Assembly (NCBI GenBank): GCA_012295275.1
Contig: CM022666.1
Coordinates: 124,001 to 188,000 of the forward strand
Source: Chrysomallon squamiferum
Taxonomy: Eukaryota; Animalia; Mollusca
Reading direction: 5' to 3'
Length of the DNA: 64,000 bases
Both the position numbers and the translations under genes were made by a program. Below are positions 60,380-64,000 of this stretch, in pieces (positions within the stretch are counted from its first letter, which is position 1; every line of letters starts with the position of its first letter). The notes below the pieces were generated by a model that ran no database searches, was not told the origin of the DNA, and saw only the letters and a program-made list of their open reading frames with translations.

Positions 60380-61695
60380 TATGTAAAGAGAGAGAACTCT
60401 ACCATTAACTTTAATTCATTTTCATAGAAACAGAAAAATCAAGTATGACCATCTTCATGTTTTTTTTTTTTTTTTTTTTTCCCCCTTCTCTCACAAATAC
60501 AGGTCCAAAATCAGTTTGGATGAATGAGATCAACATGACATATCATGTTCTGGATCGTGGCATTGTTCATTCATTTCTGTATGTTGCTTATCAGGTAATA
60601 TTTAGCATGTCATGCATATTATCATACACGTTTCTCTTAATTTTTTTTAATTTTTATTTTTTAAACATTTTTTATAATTAATTGTTTGAACATATATGAC
60701 TACATTTTTATAGTTTATCAAATATGTGAAAAACAAATAAACAAATTGACAAATATATTTTCCCTCAGAAATATTAATTTAATATAAATTCACCAAAATA
60801 AACCAAAGGAAAATGATGGCAGAAATGAAACAATGAATTGAAAAGGTCTTATATTATAGTCAATAAAAGCATTTGGCCCAATTTTTTTTTTTTGGTCATC
60901 ATTTATTTGTAAACAGTGTTGATCATGGAATGAATAAATGATCAAATAAAATTCTTTATACTTCCAAATTAAGTTATTTTTTTATATATTATAATTGTTC
61001 TAGTTGTTTTTGTGGTTTTGTGTCACTTATCATCACTCATAATGAAGTGTGATAGTAATATGATACACGCACAAAACATTTGAACACCAGTGTTTTATAC
61101 TTTCCTGACATTATGTCATATATGGTAGACTAACAGCTGTATAATTTTATGTTTTCTTCTCAATACATTAGAACAAATGAGTTCTCCCAGGTTCATCATG
61201 TCATTACATATTTAGCAGTATTTATTTATTTATTTATTTATTGACTTGTTTATTCATATTTTAATCTAACACTGTAATAAAACATAGAGTAGATGATGCC
61301 AGTACTAGACAGTGTCAGAAATAATGTTTTATTGCAGATCTTTTTTTTTATCTCCATTTTATGTTATTATATATTATTAATTATTAATTATTTCTGAATG
61401 AACAGTAATAATGATGCTCTCTTTTTCTAGGAAAGTCAATTAAAATTAAAAAAATCAGAGTGGGGTCGTGACCTTCTTCTACAAGCAGTGAGTGGTGCGA
61501 CTGATGTAGAGTTTGTTCTTGACGTAGATGTTGTTAATGATGTGATTAAGTCATCGGCTAGGCAGTCATATTCCAAGGTATGTTTACATTTATACACATT
61601 CATTTATGCACACACATATATACATTCGAATACACAATTTTTTGTTTTAATATTTGTATTTATGTTTGTACATTATTCAATAACGTACTAATATC

Positions 61696-61726
<31 letters not shown>

Positions 61727-63231
61727 GTTATTTTAGTTTTTTCATTTATATTGCAGAATGAAAAAGCTATTGATAAAAAGCTGACACTTCATTATTTGGA
61801 GAAATACTTCAAAATGGTAGGTAGACTTCCAAATATAATACTGAAAAGAAAATGAAAATAATAATTAAAATGTTTTTATGTCATATTTAATAAATAATAA
61901 ATAAAATTATCCTATGAATATCTATTGTTTAACTGTACTAAACAAAGAATTAACAAAATTGAGATAAACATAACATATGTTTCAGTAAAACAATAAAGTC
62001 ATTGTATGAAATGTAACATCACAATTGTGTTATTATCAGCCAAGCAGTTTTCTTCTATCTGGCTACGAGACTAACTGGACATGCAACATGGAGATGCAGC
62101 CAATTGAAATAGTTCAAGGAAAGATAATTCTTCCAATAGAGACAACTCTGTCATTGAATATAAAACATTCAGCATGCACCATACTTAAAGTGGATATTGT
62201 AAGTGTAATAATAATAATAACAACAATAACATGATGATGATTTTGAATCTATATTGGTACTGAATAAATACAATTTTAATAGTGACTAAATTGTTTTCCT
62301 ATTTCATTCTATTGCTCTTTCTCTCCCCTTCTCCTAGTATGTTACTTTTACACAAATATGTATACACTTATAAACTATAGTGAAATCTGAATGTAGTTAT
62401 CTTTTAAGATCTTGTTACTAATCATAAGAATTTTATATTTGTTATTAGTATTTTCACTTCACTTTATAATAATTTATGGTTTAAAATGTTTTTATTGTTG
62501 TAGTATTTATATTGTTATTTCTTAACAGGATAATGAACTGACTCTGTTTCCTGTCTCGAGAGCTACAGATGTACTGTTCTATATACAGAAGTGGAGGTAA
62601 TTGTTTAAATAGGGATCATCTCTTTTCATTCTGAAATGAATGAATACATGGGCAAAATAAATAATAAATAAAGTAATGAAAAAGAAGTACAATTTAACAT
62701 AGTTTATTCATAAATAAATATGTATGCATCCACACAAACACAAATCACATATATTCAAATACACATAAACATACACGTAAAACGTAATCACACATAAACA
62801 CATGTTGATTATGAAACTAAAGAAAGTGGTGTAGAAACTGATTTTATCTATTATCACATTTTCAGTGACACTGTGAAAACTGTCAGTTCAGCTATTAACA
62901 AAATCACAGTGAGTTTTTTTATTTAACTGTTTTACAACAGTCTTTGTTTACTGATAGCACTGAATCTTGATTATAAATTAAAACACCTGGTGTTATTGCA
63001 GTTATGATTTTTTAAATTAGTGCTATTATTATTCTTGTCATTAGATATTGTCGTTGATAATAATAATAATTATAATGATAATGATAATAATAACAATGAT
63101 AAGAGTGATCATAATGATAATGATCATAATGATGATGATTACAATAAAAGTAATAATTATAATGGTAATAAAAGCGTAATAAGATAAATATAATTTTTTT
63201 TAATAATGTGCATGTCTGTTTGTTTTTCTTC

Positions 63232-63267
<36 letters not shown>

Positions 63268-63713
63268 ATTACTGAAGTAAATATAATTAAATATGATTGA
63301 CTTTAGGACATTAAGGATTTCTTGTCTGAGTTCAAGCTGTACAGATGGCTTCTTACATCAGAAGGTAAATATTTATGTTTATTATGTCATACGTGCCTTA
63401 TTAAAATAAACAATTTGTATATTAATATTTTATTGTATATCAGTAAGTTATTATATTACAATAATAAAACTGAAACAACATTGTAGTAATACACTGACAC
63501 CTAGTGAGTCTGAATTTCAAAATCAAGTTAGATGAGGAAATGTCATTGAAATACCCAGTATTCAGTTAGCTCTGTATCTCAATTCAAGTTTGAATTAAAA
63601 TAAACTTCAGATATTTAAATTATTTCATTTCAGATGTTTTCGTAATGCTTCGTTTTTCGTCTCTGTTTCCAAGAAAATTGTCTCTCTGTAACACAACGTT
63701 GACAACGACTCAG
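57814..63713 (+). CDS. Divergent BPI/LBP/CETP-superfamily (TULIP) lipid-binding protein, partial (5' exons unresolved, 3' end beyond window)
   Basis: Thirteen exons join in phase without stops (about 400 aa): 57814-57904, 58412-58543, 59039-59103, 59380-59528, 59939-59999, 60503-60594, 61431-61577, 61757-61816, 62040-62198, 62529-62596, 62866-62908, 63307-63364, 63634-63713. Alternating hydrophobic beta-strand pattern and VTFCS...W...KLCPHI cysteine pair resemble the BPI N-terminal domain. The gene structure is solid, the family call is by eye. Possible upstream exons 57468-57557 and 57690-57725; a further acceptor near 63985. Confidence 0.65.
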
Positions 63714-64000
63714 GTATTGGCTAATTCGTGTATTACACAGATATTTGATCTTTGAAGACAATAATCCTTCATAATGCATTTCCAGAAATGATTTGTTGTC
63801 ATTAAAATAAATAATGAAAAAAACAAAGATTCTAATATCATTCTTTAGGCTAAATCAGTGTCTTGTATACCTGTTTATATGTGTGTGTTTGTGTGTGCTT
63901 GTCATTATGTGTTTATGTGTGGGTGTGAGTGTTATACAGTATTGTGAAATATTGAAACTATTTCCAAAAGAATTTATCTTTTCAGTTTCAGTTATCTTTT

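Overview
AT-rich, microsatellite-rich eukaryotic (invertebrate animal, plausibly a mollusc/lophotrochozoan - inference only) genomic DNA with GT-AG spliceosomal introns. Six intron-containing genes were assembled by hand with consistent splice phases: cullin-4 (+, 22 exons, one U12-type AT-AC intron), a signal-peptide JmjC oxygenase with a C-terminal EF-hand-like loop (-), NDUFA1 (-) head-to-head with UPF3 (+), RBMX/hnRNP G (-) tail-to-tail with UPF3, and a divergent BPI/LBP-like lipid-binding gene (+, 5' end unresolved, runs off the window). CUL4-NDUFA1-UPF3-RBMX mirrors the human Xq gene neighbourhood. The most unusual region is the 3' half of RBMX: a perfect TACTAAC branch point/acceptor only 44 nt after a 36-nt exon, a candidate 2.7-kb stop-riddled cassette exon, a cluster of decoy 5' splice sites, clustered Rbfox motifs and a distal alternative last exon, which together look like an elaborate splicing/NMD autoregulatory module. 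All coordinates were derived by eye and no database searches were run.
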